A stretch of 64,000 nucleotides of DNA from Alphaproteobacteria bacterium (GTDB taxonomy: Bacteria; Pseudomonadota; Alphaproteobacteria; UBA828), in contig CBDCQT010000010.1 of the NCBI GenBank assembly GCA_965220745.1, forward strand, positions 256,001 through 320,000. Direction: 5' to 3'. Within the stretch, counting starts at the first letter, position 1. Each line of letters begins with the position of its first letter. A model generated the notes under the pieces. The model saw nothing but the letters and a program-made list of their open reading frames with translations, had not been told where the DNA came from and made no database searches. Positions 1-10,736 of this stretch are shown here, piece by piece. The translations under genes and the position numbers were made by a program.

Positions 1-316
1 TTTCTCCCCGAATTCTCAGCGGATAGGCGATATTTTCGGCGACCGTGAGATGAGGAAAGAGAGCGAGGGACTGAAACACCATTCCGAAGCCACGTCTGTG
101 GGCAGGGATGCCGGACTGGTCGACCCCGTCGAGCAGCACCTGGCCGGCGGTCGGAATCTCGAGGCCCGCGACGAGGCGCAATAGAGTCGTTTTGCCGCAG
201 CCGGAAGGGCCGAGAAGACAGACGAATTGGCCGTCCGGAATTTCGAGGGTGACGTCGTCAACGGCGGTCACGCCGCCGAACGTTTTGGACAGGCCCTGGG
301 TGCGGAGAGACGTCAC
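1..316 (-). CDS. ABC transporter ATP-binding protein, PotA/polyamine-type (partial, runs off window start)
   Basis: Manual translation from GTG at 316: LSKTFGGVTAVDDVTLEIPDGQFVCLLGPSGCGKTTLLR (Walker A), then FGMVFQSLALFPHLTVAENIAY; downstream of a PotD-like gene. Confidence 0.85.
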   Translation of the reverse strand, partial: MTSLRTQGLSKTFGGVTAVDDVTLEIPDGQFVCLLGPSGCGKTTLLRLVAGLEIPTAGQVLLDGVDQSGIPAHRRGFGMVFQSLALFPHLTVAENIAYPLRIRGE

Positions 317-380
317 CGCCTACATCTAGCACGTAGACGGGATGCCGCAGGAGCCTCCCGTCCTCGAAACAGCGCGAGCG

Positions 381-1472
381 CTAGCCGACGATCAGTTCAG
401 ACCACTTCTGGTTCAGCCAATCGCCGCGAGCTTCGTAGATGTCGTAGCGGGGCAGGATCGGAGGAATGTCGCTCGAGACTGCGGCGAACTCTTCATCGGT
501 GAGATCCGTGAGTTCTCGCCTGATGGTCGGTGCCGTTCCCACGTAGCGCGACAGCTTCGATTGAATGGACGGCTGGCACATGTAGTCGATGAACACATGC
601 GCCTCGTCCAGCCTCTCCGATGCCTTCGATACGCTCCAGGAGCCCGAGTCCAGCACCCCGCCTTCAACCGGGAAGGTCGATCGAACCGGCTGACCGTCGG
701 CAGCCGCAAGACCCGTTACGTCATGGTAGTACTGCCCCATCGGAATTTCGCCGGTCTCCAGCGCCTGCTGGAATTGACCTTCGTCGCGGTACCACAGACG
801 GACGTTGGGCTTCACTTCCGCAAGCTTGTCCATGACCTGAAGAATCCCCTCCTCAGTGTCGAGAATCCCTGTGCCGCCGAACCAGGTCGCCGCAGTCACT
901 TCCAGCAGGTACGAGTTGGTCACGAGCGCGAGGAGCGCGATGCTGTCCTCGTTGGCTGGGTCCCAGAGCGCCTTCCAGCTTGTCGGCGCCTCGGGGTACG
1001 TGTCGGTATTGGTCACAAGCGTGATGTACCAGGAAACCGCGCCAATCCCGCTGATCGATCCGTCATCGTAGCGATGGACGAAGTGATCAGGCAGGTTCGT
1101 CGTGTTGGGAAGCCTTGCCTCGTCGAGCGGAGCCCAGAGCCGGCTGTTCTGTCCCTTCAGGCGCGGCACGTGCGCCATCATCGAGACATCTGCAGGTGCC
1201 TCACCTCCCCGGGCCGCGCTCTCAAGCTGCACGACCCAAGCCTCGCCCGTCGGCTGGCCGATCGATTCAATCTCGATGCCCGTCTCCGCGGTGAAATCCG
1301 GATAGATGTGCTGGTCGAACGAGTCCTGAAAATAGCCGCCGTAGGTGCCGACCTTCAGCGGCTCAGCCGAAGCCGCCCGTCGCACGAACGGGGTGGCAAC
1401 TGCCGTCGCACCGAGGGCGGCGGCGGAACTCGCCAGGAAAACCCTTCGCGTAAGCTTGTATCGTCCTTGCAT
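381..1472 (-). CDS. Polyamine-type (PotD/PotF-like) ABC substrate-binding protein with Tat signal
   Basis: TRRVFL twin-arginine leader; GTYGG, PTSWKALWD, FPVEGG and AHVFIDYM motifs of family-1/8 SBPs. Confidence 0.85.
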   Translation of the reverse strand: MQGRYKLTRRVFLASSAAALGATAVATPFVRRAASAEPLKVGTYGGYFQDSFDQHIYPDFTAETGIEIESIGQPTGEAWVVQLESAARGGEAPADVSMMAHVPRLKGQNSRLWAPLDEARLPNTTNLPDHFVHRYDDGSISGIGAVSWYITLVTNTDTYPEAPTSWKALWDPANEDSIALLALVTNSYLLEVTAATWFGGTGILDTEEGILQVMDKLAEVKPNVRLWYRDEGQFQQALETGEIPMGQYYHDVTGLAAADGQPVRSTFPVEGGVLDSGSWSVSKASERLDEAHVFIDYMCQPSIQSKLSRYVGTAPTIRRELTDLTDEEFAAVSSDIPPILPRYDIYEARGDWLNQKWSELIVG

Positions 1473-1765
1473 CTCGCATCTCCTGATCAGAGAAGGTGGT
1501 GGAGGTCGTGGGCGCGGCCGTCGGCGCCCGGAAACGCTAAACGCGTAGTCGCCCGAAGAGGACTGCGTGCGGCAGAGCTTCTCGACCGCAAGCCAGTTGC
1601 GTGAACACGCCTGGCGGGCGCAGGTCGGCGGATCTCTGTCATCCGCCTCGTCGGCCCCCCTCCCTCGCGCCAGGGCGCATGAACGTCGACACCCACTCTA
1701 GGCCGCAAGGCATAACGATTGGATAGCGCTCACGGAAACCTTGGTTTGACGAACACGAATGTAAC

Positions 1766-2662
1766 TTACTTGCCGTATGCACTTCTGAGATCGCCGGCGA
1801 AGGTCTCCACGACCTGCGTCTGACGATACCCGGACCTCAGGATCATGTCGAACACGCAAACGTACAACACGGCATCCGACGCCAGACGGCGCAACACGCC
1901 GCTCTCTACCCATGACCCTGCATAGTGTTCGGGAAGAAAGCCGATGTAACGACCGCTCATCACCGAAATGAGCTGAGGTTCGATCTGGTAGACGACGGCG
2001 GCAACGTTATTGAATCCCAGCGACTTGCGGTGCTCGTCGCGCCAGTAAGCACGGCTGACGATTGGCTCGTTTCTCAGACTATCAATGTCGAGTTTCCGCT
2101 CCTCGACATCGAACAGGTGATGCCCCTGACCGCAATAGAGACCGTGAGTCTCTTCATAGAGAGGCGTGTAATCCAGTCCCTTGATCTTGTGGGGAAAACT
2201 TCCGATTCCGATATGCAGATCACCTTTAAGGACTTTTTCCTGAAGGTTCTGGGGAAATTCCTGACTCAAACACAGTGTCACCTCGTTCGGGCGGGCCGAA
2301 AAGCGACTGATGACCTCGTGAAGCCTGCAGTTGGGATCCGTCGCGATACAGTCGACGACTCCGACCTTGAGATCGCCGGCAAGTTGACCCTTCAGGCTGC
2401 CGACCTCCTCCGAAAAGTCGTCAAGCGCCTTCAGCAGCCGCTGGGTGGCAGCGAAGACCATCTCGCCTTTTTCCGTCAGCCGAAAGCCAGTGCGGCCCCG
2501 CTGGCACACGCTGACTCCCAAACGCTGCTCAAGCGCTGTGATGTGATTGGATATGGTCGGCTGACTGACGTTGAGCTCGGCCTGTGCCGCAGCGAACCCC
2601 CCGTGACGCACCACGGCGTCGAACACTCTCAGGACCCGAAGGTCCGTTCCTGCAAGCTGCAT
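1766..2662 (-). CDS. LysR family transcriptional regulator
   Basis: DLRVLRVFDAVVRHGGFAAAQAELNVSQPTISNHITALE HTH; start placed at ATG 2662. Confidence 0.9.
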   Translation of the reverse strand: MQLAGTDLRVLRVFDAVVRHGGFAAAQAELNVSQPTISNHITALEQRLGVSVCQRGRTGFRLTEKGEMVFAATQRLLKALDDFSEEVGSLKGQLAGDLKVGVVDCIATDPNCRLHEVISRFSARPNEVTLCLSQEFPQNLQEKVLKGDLHIGIGSFPHKIKGLDYTPLYEETHGLYCGQGHHLFDVEERKLDIDSLRNEPIVSRAYWRDEHRKSLGFNNVAAVVYQIEPQLISVMSGRYIGFLPEHYAGSWVESGVLRRLASDAVLYVCVFDMILRSGYRQTQVVETFAGDLRSAYGK

Positions 2663-2759
2663 GACCGCACCAAGTGCTACCGTCCTTCGTCCACTATGAT
2701 GATGAGATGGAATTCGGGTCAAGCAACGCGAGACCACCTGAGTCAGGCGGGAAGAGCGC

Positions 2760-2924
2760 CGAAGGAGGCGCGTGCCACCTGCCTCGCTACAGCGACAGCT
2801 ACACCGACAGGCGCCTGCACTCGGCTCTCGGATACCTGTGTCCCAACCGCTTTGAGGAGGAACAGTCCCGCACTCTGGTCAAGTCGGTCGCCTGAAACCG
2901 TCCGACCCCAAGGGGACTACTCCA
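2760..2924 (+). pseudogene. IS3-family transposase 3' remnant with right-end sequence
   Basis: RRLHSALGYLCPNRFE matches the IS3 OrfB C-terminal motif; followed by an end-like sequence finishing GGGGACTACTCCA. Confidence 0.7.
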
Positions 2925-3101
2925 CGGTTCCGATTGTTCTCGATATGGGATGCCAACTCGTTGACTCGGCACCAGCGATCTGCCAGTGTTTTTCTCGCTA
3001 TCAAAGGAGGTTAAGCCGTTGTTCCAACTCGCGCAGGACGGCGGCGGGGAGGAATCAAGCACGAAACCGCCGTTGAATTGCTAACCATGGGAGGCTTCAA
3101 A

Positions 3102-4334
3102 ATGGTGTATCGTGCGAAAATAAAATCCTTGACTTGCGCCGCAGTCCTGGTTTTGGCGGGCTCTCTCATGGGTTCCATCACACCCGGAGCCCATGCCAGC
3201 GATGAGCCCATCAAGGTGGGCGCACCCATTCCTATTACCGGTCCCTTCGCCAGTGACGGGTTCGTGATGGAGAAGGCGGAAAAGCTCGCCATTGCGGACA
3301 TAAACGCGCAAGGCGGGCTGCTCGGCCGACAGATCGAGATGATCGTGTACGACATCGGCGATCTCACGCCGGACAAGCTTCAAGCGGCGGCCCTCAATCT
3401 GGTCGAACAGGAGGAGGTCCACGTCTTGATCAACGGGTACGGCGGCATGGGGCCCGATATCCCGGCGTTCTGCCCGTACGATGTGCCGTATCTTCACGTT
3501 GACGGCCCGGAGTACGTGATCGATCTTGCTGAACAGATGGGATGCAAGAATATCTACATGTTCATCGATACGGCCGCGAATTACGGCGGGATCACGTTTC
3601 GCCAGCTGACGCAGATGGGCCACGAATTCTCAAGTAATAAACTGGCCATTATCCAGGGGCCGTTCGATTGGGAAATCGAAATGACGGGGGGCGCGATCGC
3701 GGCAGCCGAGGAGCTCGGCTGGGAGATCGTCCTGACAGAGCAGGTCGATTTCGGTATCAGCGAGTGGGGACCGATCCTCAGCAAACTCCACGAAGCTCAA
3801 CCTGCCCTGATCTACTCCGAGTTTTTGGATCCGGCGGGCGTGAACGCCCTCGTCGATCAGTTCAACACCAACCCGGTCAAGGGGGCACTCCTTTACGTCG
3901 GCTACACCGGTGCCGTCCCGGCCTTCAACGAGGTCGTCTCGCGGGGAATCGCCGACGGCGTACTGGGGATGACGCCTTCGGCCCACATGCCGGACGAAAA
4001 AGGCCGTGCGTTCGTGAAAAGATGGCGTGAGGCCTATGACGAAGACCCGGCAATCGGTATCGCAGCCGAGATCTACGACCAAGTCATGTTTTGGGCGACC
4101 GCTGTCGAAAAGGTTGGCTCGGTCGACGATTATGACGCGATCCACGAAGAAATTCGGACGATGACCTACGACGGCATCACGGGCAAGCTCACGATTAACG
4201 ACCGGCACCACGTAACCTCGACCGACGAAGCCGCGCCGGCCCAGATTCTTCAGGTCCAGAACAGCGAGCTCGTGACGCTCATGATCGGCTCCAACGTGAT
4301 TGCCGACTTCATGAAGCCCGATTGGCACAACTGA
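3102..4334 (+). CDS. Liv/Urt-type ABC substrate-binding protein
   Basis: Signal peptide; IKVGAPIPITGPFA and INAQGGLLGRQIE motifs; GGAGG RBS before ATG 3102. Confidence 0.9.
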   Translation: MVYRAKIKSLTCAAVLVLAGSLMGSITPGAHASDEPIKVGAPIPITGPFASDGFVMEKAEKLAIADINAQGGLLGRQIEMIVYDIGDLTPDKLQAAALNLVEQEEVHVLINGYGGMGPDIPAFCPYDVPYLHVDGPEYVIDLAEQMGCKNIYMFIDTAANYGGITFRQLTQMGHEFSSNKLAIIQGPFDWEIEMTGGAIAAAEELGWEIVLTEQVDFGISEWGPILSKLHEAQPALIYSEFLDPAGVNALVDQFNTNPVKGALLYVGYTGAVPAFNEVVSRGIADGVLGMTPSAHMPDEKGRAFVKRWREAYDEDPAIGIAAEIYDQVMFWATAVEKVGSVDDYDAIHEEIRTMTYDGITGKLTINDRHHVTSTDEAAPAQILQVQNSELVTLMIGSNVIADFMKPDWHN

Positions 4335-4345
4335 GGGAATCGCAT

Positions 4346-4413
4346 AAAAAAAGCCGGTGATCGGGATCGAACCTCGAGGGGACCCTGAGCGGGGGGTCGA
4401 TTCGACAATCGGC
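4346..4413. terminator. Long imperfect hairpin with flanking A7 tract after the SBP gene (mRNA-stabilising stem or minus-strand terminator)
   Basis: GCCGGTGATCGGGATCGAACC pairs imperfectly with GGGTCGATTCGACAATCGGC; A-run on the left. Confidence 0.45.
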
Positions 4414-4558
4414 GCAAACGGCGTGGGCTCGGCTTGATTGGTCCAGAAGACGTGTCCACGTCGGTTTGCTCGGCTCTCACCTCTAGGGAGCGCCGCCGCC
4501 ACGCGTTGGGAATACCAGCGTATCATCCACCCGTGCAGCCACGCAGAAACAGCTGAGG

Positions 4559-5317
4559 ATGTCCTCCGCTACGACGACCGGTCCGCTGCTGTCGGTGCAG
4601 GGCGTAACTCGATCATTCGGTGCGCTCGTCGCTCTCAACGACCTGTCGTTCGACATCGAGCGAGGCGAAATCTTTGGTGTCGCCGGACCCAATGGGGCCG
4701 GAAAATCGACGCTCCTGAACGTTTGCACCGGCACGCTCAAACCCAATTCGGGCAAAATCTTCTTTAACAACGAAAGAATCGACGGTTGGTCCCCGCATCG
4801 GCTGTGTCACAAAGCCTTGGCCCGTACCTTTCAAATCCCGCAAATCTTCAGCTCTTTCAGCGTGGATGAGAATGTCGCCGTCGGCACTCTCTTTGGATTG
4901 GGCAAGAAATCCATCGAGGGTCGGACGAAGAGAGAATTCCGCGACGAAATCCTCGCCGAATGCGGTCTCGATCCACGGCGCGACATGATGGCCAGCAAGG
5001 TCGATCTTCTGACCCGCAAGATGACGATGCTGGCGGCCTCGCTTGCGACGAAGCCGGAGCTGGTTTTCATGGATGAGCCTCTCGCCGGATTCACGACAGA
5101 CGAAATCGACCAGATGGTCGCACTGATCCTGCACCTGCGGGAGCGACTGGATATCACCTTCATGATTATCGAGCACAAGGTTCGGGCGCTGACCCATATG
5201 TCCGACCGAATCATGATCCTGGACCACGGTCAGCGCATCTGCCTGGATGCTCCGCTCAACGTCATGCGCGACCCGAAGGTGGTCGAAATCTATTTGGGGT
5301 CCGAGGCCGTTGCTTGA
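4559..5317 (+). CDS. livG: Branched-chain amino acid-type ABC ATPase (LivG-like)
   Basis: GPNGAGKST, LARTFQ, FMDEP, IEH, YLG C-terminus. Confidence 0.85.
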   Translation: MSSATTTGPLLSVQGVTRSFGALVALNDLSFDIERGEIFGVAGPNGAGKSTLLNVCTGTLKPNSGKIFFNNERIDGWSPHRLCHKALARTFQIPQIFSSFSVDENVAVGTLFGLGKKSIEGRTKREFRDEILAECGLDPRRDMMASKVDLLTRKMTMLAASLATKPELVFMDEPLAGFTTDEIDQMVALILHLRERLDITFMIIEHKVRALTHMSDRIMILDHGQRICLDAPLNVMRDPKVVEIYLGSEAVA

Positions 5318-6002
5318 GGTCGCGAATCTCAACGTCTTTTACGATGAATTCCACGTGCTGCACGACGTGTCGATACACGTGGCCGAGAACGAAGCGGTGG
5401 CTTTGATCGGAGCCAACGGCCACGGGAAGAGCACGTTGATGAAGGCGATCTGCGGCCTGACTCCCATCCGGTCGGGTGACGTGACGTTTCAGGGCAAGCG
5501 GCTCAATGGTTTGTCTGTGTCCGAGATCGTCAAGCAGGGCCTGGTCTATGTTGCGGAGGATCGCAGACTCTTTCCCGACATGACGGTCCGGGAGAATCTC
5601 GATCTCGGCGCCTACTTGCCCCACGCCCGCAAACGGAAAAGCGAAAACCTGAACCTGGTCTTCGAGCTCTACCCGCAATTGAAGGAGCGGCAAGGCCAGG
5701 TGGCGCGGACCCTGAGCGGGGGCGAGGCGCAAATGCTCGCGCTGGCCAGGGGCCTGATGTCGGCAGCCAAGTTTATGGCAATCGACGAGCCCTCCTTCGG
5801 CCTTGCTCCGAATCTCGTGCAGAACATGTTGCGCACGATTGCGCGGATCAACAAGGAAGGAATTACCGTACTTCTCGTCGAGGAAAACATTGCTCAACTC
5901 GAGACCTTCATCGACCGTGTGTATTTTCTGGAAGAGGGAAAGACCAGCTATGAAGGTCCGCTTCAGTCCCTCGAGCACCGGCGGACAGAGGACAGGGCTT
6001 GA
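5310..6002 (+). CDS. livF: Branched-chain amino acid-type ABC ATPase (LivF-like)
   Basis: TTG start overlapping livG; GANGHGKST, LSGGE, DEPSFGLAP. Confidence 0.85.
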   Translation: MLEVANLNVFYDEFHVLHDVSIHVAENEAVALIGANGHGKSTLMKAICGLTPIRSGDVTFQGKRLNGLSVSEIVKQGLVYVAEDRRLFPDMTVRENLDLGAYLPHARKRKSENLNLVFELYPQLKERQGQVARTLSGGEAQMLALARGLMSAAKFMAIDEPSFGLAPNLVQNMLRTIARINKEGITVLLVEENIAQLETFIDRVYFLEEGKTSYEGPLQSLEHRRTEDRA

Positions 6003-6131
6003 CGTAGACGGCTGAGCAACCCGTGGTCGTGACCACGACAGGTATCGTCAGAACCGGGGGCGCCGGGGAGATCCCGTTTCAACTTTGGGCGGGTCCGGGG
6101 TTTCGGGTTCAAGGGAATGGATGGCTGGTGA

Positions 6132-7004
6132 ATGCATCAGATCATCGAAATCCTGATCAGCGGGATCATGCTGGGCGCCGTCTACGCGTTGTTGGCATTT
6201 GGCCTGTCCCTGGTCTACGGCGTCACCCGGATCCTCAATTTCGCCTATGGCGCGATTTATGCTGTGGGCGGATATCTCGCGTGGGTTCTGACGGTCGGGT
6301 ATCTGGAGCTGAGCTATGCGGTGACCTTTCTCATCCTGATCCCGACCCTCTTCGTGTTGGGCATGGCGCTCGAGCGGTTGGTGATCCGCCCTCTGCGCTG
6401 GAAGCCGGGCTGGAACATAACGACGATGATGGTGACGCTGGGCCTGGCGTTCTTTATCGACAACGCGAACTTGATAGGGTTTGGCCCCGAGAACAAGGTT
6501 CTTCCGCCTCTCGTGCCGGGCAAGCTCGAGGCTTTCGGGTTTGTCCTTTCGTACCACAAGATCGTCATCTTCCTGTTGGCGATCGTATTCGTGGTCGGGC
6601 TCGAACTATTCTTGCGCAAGACACGCTATGGGCGGGCCATGCGGGCCGTGGCCCAGGACATGCAGGGCGCCAACATGGTCGGGATCAACGTCAATCAGAT
6701 CTTCGGCTATGCCTTCGGACTATCGGCCGTTCTCGCAGGTCTCGCCGGGGTATTGCTCGCACCAATTCACCTGATTTCCCCGTTTGTGGGCTGGGTCCCG
6801 TTCCTGAAGGCCTTCGTGATCGTTGTGCTGGGGGGCCTCGGCAGCACGCGGGGCACACTCGTTGCCGCGTTCATACTGGGGATTATCGAGGCCTACACCA
6901 CGTTCTGGGTCGGAGCGAGCTGGACCATACCGCTGTGGCTCATCACCCTGCTCGTGATCCTGATATTTCGCCCCAGCGGACTGTTCGGCGGCTGGACGCG
7001 ATGA
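6132..7004 (+). CDS. livH: Branched-chain amino acid-type ABC permease (LivH-like)
   Basis: GLSLVYGVTRILNFAYG, TRYGRAMRAVAQD, KAFVIVVLGGLGS. Confidence 0.88.
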   Translation: MHQIIEILISGIMLGAVYALLAFGLSLVYGVTRILNFAYGAIYAVGGYLAWVLTVGYLELSYAVTFLILIPTLFVLGMALERLVIRPLRWKPGWNITTMMVTLGLAFFIDNANLIGFGPENKVLPPLVPGKLEAFGFVLSYHKIVIFLLAIVFVVGLELFLRKTRYGRAMRAVAQDMQGANMVGINVNQIFGYAFGLSAVLAGLAGVLLAPIHLISPFVGWVPFLKAFVIVVLGGLGSTRGTLVAAFILGIIEAYTTFWVGASWTIPLWLITLLVILIFRPSGLFGGWTR

Positions 7005-7104
7005 CGATGAGGGAAACCCGCAGCCTTCGTCGAACGGCGCGCGTCCCGGCGGCCGAATTGTCGGGCACCGCAACAACGAGAACGGTAGGAAGCGAGCCGC
7101 CACC

Positions 7105-8079
7105 ATGAATCGCGTCTATTTCCTCATCGCCGTCGGCGTTCTTGCGGTTCTGGGAGCCGTGATCGGGGACAAGTATTTCATCCATATTTTGATCCTGTGC
7201 TTTATCTGGAGCATGGTTGTCGCGGGCTGGGATCTCGTGCTGGGCTACGCCGGGATCGTCAACTTTGCGCAGCTCGTGTTCTTCGCCGTAGGCGCGTACG
7301 GCTCGTCTATGGCCGCCATGAGTCTGGGCGCCCCGTCCATCACGCCGCTCCTGGTCGGGATGGGTTGCGCTGGTGTCGTCGGCCTGCTGATCGGCCTGCC
7401 GTGTCTGCGTCTTCGTGGCGAGTTCATCGCCCTCTTTACCTTTACCGTCCATCTCGCCCTGCCTCCGCTCATCCGCCAGGGGCGTCCGATCGGGACCGGC
7501 GGCGCCACCGGACTCTTGGGCGTACCGCCGCTCGAGATCGGCAACTTCGCTCTCGTCGCTCAGAACAAGCTTGCCTGGTTTTACGTCACCCTATGCGTGG
7601 CCGCTGTCGCCATCTACATAATCTATTTCATTATCGTGCCCGGACGATGGGGCAAAGCGTTCGTTGCCATGCGGGACTCGGAAGAATTCGCCAAGAGTCT
7701 CGGCGTTAACTACTACAGGTACAAGCTTGTCGTATTCACAGTCTCGGCAATGATTACCGGGTTGGCCGGAGCACTTTACGCTCATTACGTGATTGTCGTG
7801 ACGCCCAAGATTCTCGGAACCGAATTCTTTCTGATTGTTATGGTCATGCTCTCGGTGGGCGGTCTAGGCCGATTCCCCGGTGTGATTCTGGGCGCGTTTA
7901 TCGTCACAATTGGCAACGAATGGCTTCGCGAAGTCGGGCAGTATCGCCTTCTTCTTCTCGGTCTGGCCGTCGTCCTGATTATTTTGTTCATGCCCAAAGG
8001 CATCGTGGCGCTCCCCGATCAATTCCAACACTTCAAGTTGAAACGATCGTCTGCTTCCAGTCGCAAGAGCCAGGAATGA
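7105..8079 (+). CDS. livM: Branched-chain amino acid-type ABC permease (LivM-like)
   Basis: WDLVLGYAG, LRLRGEF, GKAFVAMRDSE, MPKGIV. Confidence 0.88.
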   Translation: MNRVYFLIAVGVLAVLGAVIGDKYFIHILILCFIWSMVVAGWDLVLGYAGIVNFAQLVFFAVGAYGSSMAAMSLGAPSITPLLVGMGCAGVVGLLIGLPCLRLRGEFIALFTFTVHLALPPLIRQGRPIGTGGATGLLGVPPLEIGNFALVAQNKLAWFYVTLCVAAVAIYIIYFIIVPGRWGKAFVAMRDSEEFAKSLGVNYYRYKLVVFTVSAMITGLAGALYAHYVIVVTPKILGTEFFLIVMVMLSVGGLGRFPGVILGAFIVTIGNEWLREVGQYRLLLLGLAVVLIILFMPKGIVALPDQFQHFKLKRSSASSRKSQE

Positions 8080-8117
8080 AGCGGCTCATTCGCGCAAAGA
8101 ACGAAAGGGAAAGGGAA

Positions 8118-8501
8118 ATGTCAAAAGCCACAGTATTCAAGAAATCGGATTTTCGCTACGAGGAAATGAGCGGGCTACCGGTGCACAACACCACGATTGC
8201 TCGCCTCATCACGCCCGAGTTGAGCGAAACCCTGGGAGGAGGGGTCGTCGTCTTCGAGAAGTGCTCTTACGAGTGGACGGTCACCTACGACGAAATCCTC
8301 TACCTCCTCGACGGGCAATTGCGCGTAATCGTCGCCGGAGAGAATTTCGATTGCGATACGGGCGATGCCATCTGGCTCCCGCGCGACACGCCGCTCATAT
8401 ACGAAACTGAGGAAAAGGCCGTCTGCTTTTACGCCATCTACCCGGGAGACGGGGTGCGCTGGGATCTCATCGGACTCCCGCCGCTGCCGCCAAAAGCCTG
8501 A
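8118..8501 (+). CDS. EutQ-like cupin protein
   Basis: LGGGVVVFEK..YEWTVTYDEILYLLDG..GDAIWLP matches the EutQ/cupin_3 pattern. Confidence 0.75.
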   Translation: MSKATVFKKSDFRYEEMSGLPVHNTTIARLITPELSETLGGGVVVFEKCSYEWTVTYDEILYLLDGQLRVIVAGENFDCDTGDAIWLPRDTPLIYETEEKAVCFYAIYPGDGVRWDLIGLPPLPPKA

Positions 8502-8759
8502 CTGGCATGACGTGCGGGGCGCGGTTGTTCGCCGAGCCGGCGGCGCAGCCGTGCGCCGTCCCCTCTCGGTTTGCGGCAGGCGGGCCGGCTGTGCCATCGA
8601 AACTCTCGCGGCCCCGCTTCAACGGCGACGGTTGGTGACCGGCGTTCGCTCGGCGCCGTGCTGCGCTCCCTGACCGATCGAGATCTGGCCCCGGCGGGAC
8701 CAGGCGACGGTGAAGCCACCGGCCCGCGCGATGCAAGCCGTAATTCCCGGCCTATCGGG

Positions 8760-9125
8760 CTACGATTTGTTGATATGCAAGAAGAAGCACTTTCGAACGC
8801 GTTCGTGAACCTCCCAGAGAACCTTTTCACCCTGCGCAATGTAAAAGCTGTCTCCTGGCCCATAGGTTACCGCTCTGCCCGCGGAGTCTGTGACCGTGAC
8901 CTTCCCTTCGAGCAGCGTGCAGAGTTCGCTGAACGGGTAGACAAACTCCATCTTTCCAGGCGTACATTCCCAGACGCCGCTCATCAGCTGATCGTCCAGG
9001 GTGCCGAAGTCGAGCCGACATGCCTGCTTCGGATCGCCTTCGAGCACATTTGCATAGTCCGCATCGGCAAACGCCGGCCACGGTTCCAAGGTGCCTTGAT
9101 CCTTGCCTTGCAGAAAATCCAGCAT
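8760..9125 (-). CDS. Cupin domain protein (DUF861/cupin_3)
   Basis: SGVWECTPG..ELCTLLEGKV..GPGDSF..WEVHERVRK. Confidence 0.85.
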   Translation of the reverse strand: MLDFLQGKDQGTLEPWPAFADADYANVLEGDPKQACRLDFGTLDDQLMSGVWECTPGKMEFVYPFSELCTLLEGKVTVTDSAGRAVTYGPGDSFYIAQGEKVLWEVHERVRKCFFLHINKS

Positions 9126-9339
9126 CGTAGCCCTCCCTGGTCCGAGCTTGAGAACGCGCGGGAAAGGGCAATCGTCCTGCCCCGCCAGGCGACAAGTATG
9201 ATGCAACCGCGCCGTTCCGTCCACAGAGGCGGCCAATATCCACGCGTTTTCATCCGAACACGCCGAGCGTTCACCCGGCCACAATGAAGGGTCGGCCCGA
9301 CGGGCCAGGTCGTCGTCGCCGCCGAGCCCGCCGCCGTTC

Positions 9340-9729
9340 TTACTCTCTGGCGGCGGTCACTTCGACTTCTAACAGCAATCCCGGGAGCACGAGCGAGGGC
9401 ACGATGATGGCCTTGGATGCGGGCTTGGCCTCCCCCAATATCTCTCTCAGGAGGTCAACGTATTCTTCGTAATATTCGAGGCCGACCAGATAGGAATCCA
9501 TCTTGACAATATCGCCGTAACTCATCCCGGCGGATTTCAATACTTCAGATATGTTCTCCCACGCAGTTCGCGTTTGTGCCTCGAAACCCTTTACGACGTC
9601 GCCCGCAGGCGTAATGCCGACTTCGCCCGCCACCCACAGCAGCCGGGAGTTGGGAGACACTTCGGCTCCGTGACTGTAGATGTCGCCGACTGGCGGATGA
9701 ATAGTCTTCGGATTGTGGATTGTATTCAT
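9340..9729 (-). CDS. RidA/YjgF family protein
   Basis: YSHG, LWVAGEVG, EAQTRTAWENI, KPAS, LLLEVEVTA. Confidence 0.88.
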   Translation of the reverse strand: MNTIHNPKTIHPPVGDIYSHGAEVSPNSRLLWVAGEVGITPAGDVVKGFEAQTRTAWENISEVLKSAGMSYGDIVKMDSYLVGLEYYEEYVDLLREILGEAKPASKAIIVPSLVLPGLLLEVEVTAARE

Positions 9730-10261
9730 AAGTCTGTGTCCTTCTCGGTTTAGCTATGAGCTGGTTTGCACTCGGTCCCGACTGCCGGGAGGCTTTGCGG
9801 AATGAGTTGGGTCCTCCCTTGCTTCGTCTCCTACAAGGAGCGGGCCGCCTCAACGGTTAGTATTGCGCGTCATTTTAGGCCGTTCCCGGTGATTGACGAG
9901 AGGTGACCGGCTCTTTGCGGGGCGGGACGGAAGGGCGCGGCGCCGCAGACATGGCCGCTTCAACCTGATGTTCCGGCGACGAACTTGCCCAATCGTTTGC
10001 GCTTTGTAATAGTGAATTCGGGCTTATCGATCCGTTCGAGAATCGAGCTTAGGGGAGACCACCGGCCGCCGGCATTCCGTGGAGAGGCCTGGAAGACGCG
10101 CTGCGATCCCGGGATCTTGAGAGCGAGCGTACCTGCTTGCCAAATGGCACGGCCCGGAAAGAGGCGAACACGTTCCTCGGCGCTTTCGCCGAGCCCGCGC
10201 GCGGCGCCCGTCGAAAAGCACTCCAGGGAGAAAACTGGATCGGGGAAGTGGGGGAGGGCCC

Positions 10262-10732
10262 ATGAGCGTGTCTGTGTCAATGACGGTCAACGGCGAGGAG
10301 GCCTCGGCCGCGGTCGAATCGCGCACGCTCCTCGTTCATTTTCTGCGCGAGCACCTGGGGCTCACCGGGACGCATGTCGGCTGCGATACGAGCCAGTGCG
10401 GGGCTTGCGTCGTTCACGTGAACGGACGCTCGGTCAAGTCCTGCACCCTACTCGCGGTTCAGGCCGAAGGGGCGGAAGTGCTCACGGTCGAAGGGCTCGC
10501 GAAGGGGGAAGAACTTCATCCGATGCAGGCCGCCTTCAGGGAGTGCCACGGCCTTCAATGCGGCTTCTGTACGCCCGGGATGCTGATGAGCGCGCTCGAC
10601 CTTGTCGCGCGCCATCCTGATCCCTCCGAAGAGACGGTCCGCCAGGGGCTCGAAGGCAACATCTGCCGCTGCACGGGCTACGTGAACATCGTCAAGTCGG
10701 TGATGGCCGGCGCGAAGGCGATGAGGAGTTAG
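10262..10732 (+). CDS. coxS: [2Fe-2S] small subunit of a xanthine dehydrogenase/CoxS family enzyme
   Basis: [29 protein letters not shown]. Confidence 0.9.
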   Translation: MSVSVSMTVNGEEASAAVESRTLLVHFLREHLGLTGTHVGCDTSQCGACVVHVNGRSVKSCTLLAVQAEGAEVLTVEGLAKGEELHPMQAAFRECHGLQCGFCTPGMLMSALDLVARHPDPSEETVRQGLEGNICRCTGYVNIVKSVMAGAKAMRS

Positions 10733-10736
10733 TGGA

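Noticed and set aside
4346-4413. GCCGGTGATCGGGATCGAACC resembles a reversed tRNA T-arm or att duplicate
   Set aside because: No D-arm or anticodon arm, does not match tRNA-Asn or tRNA-Lys, and is explained as one arm of a hairpin
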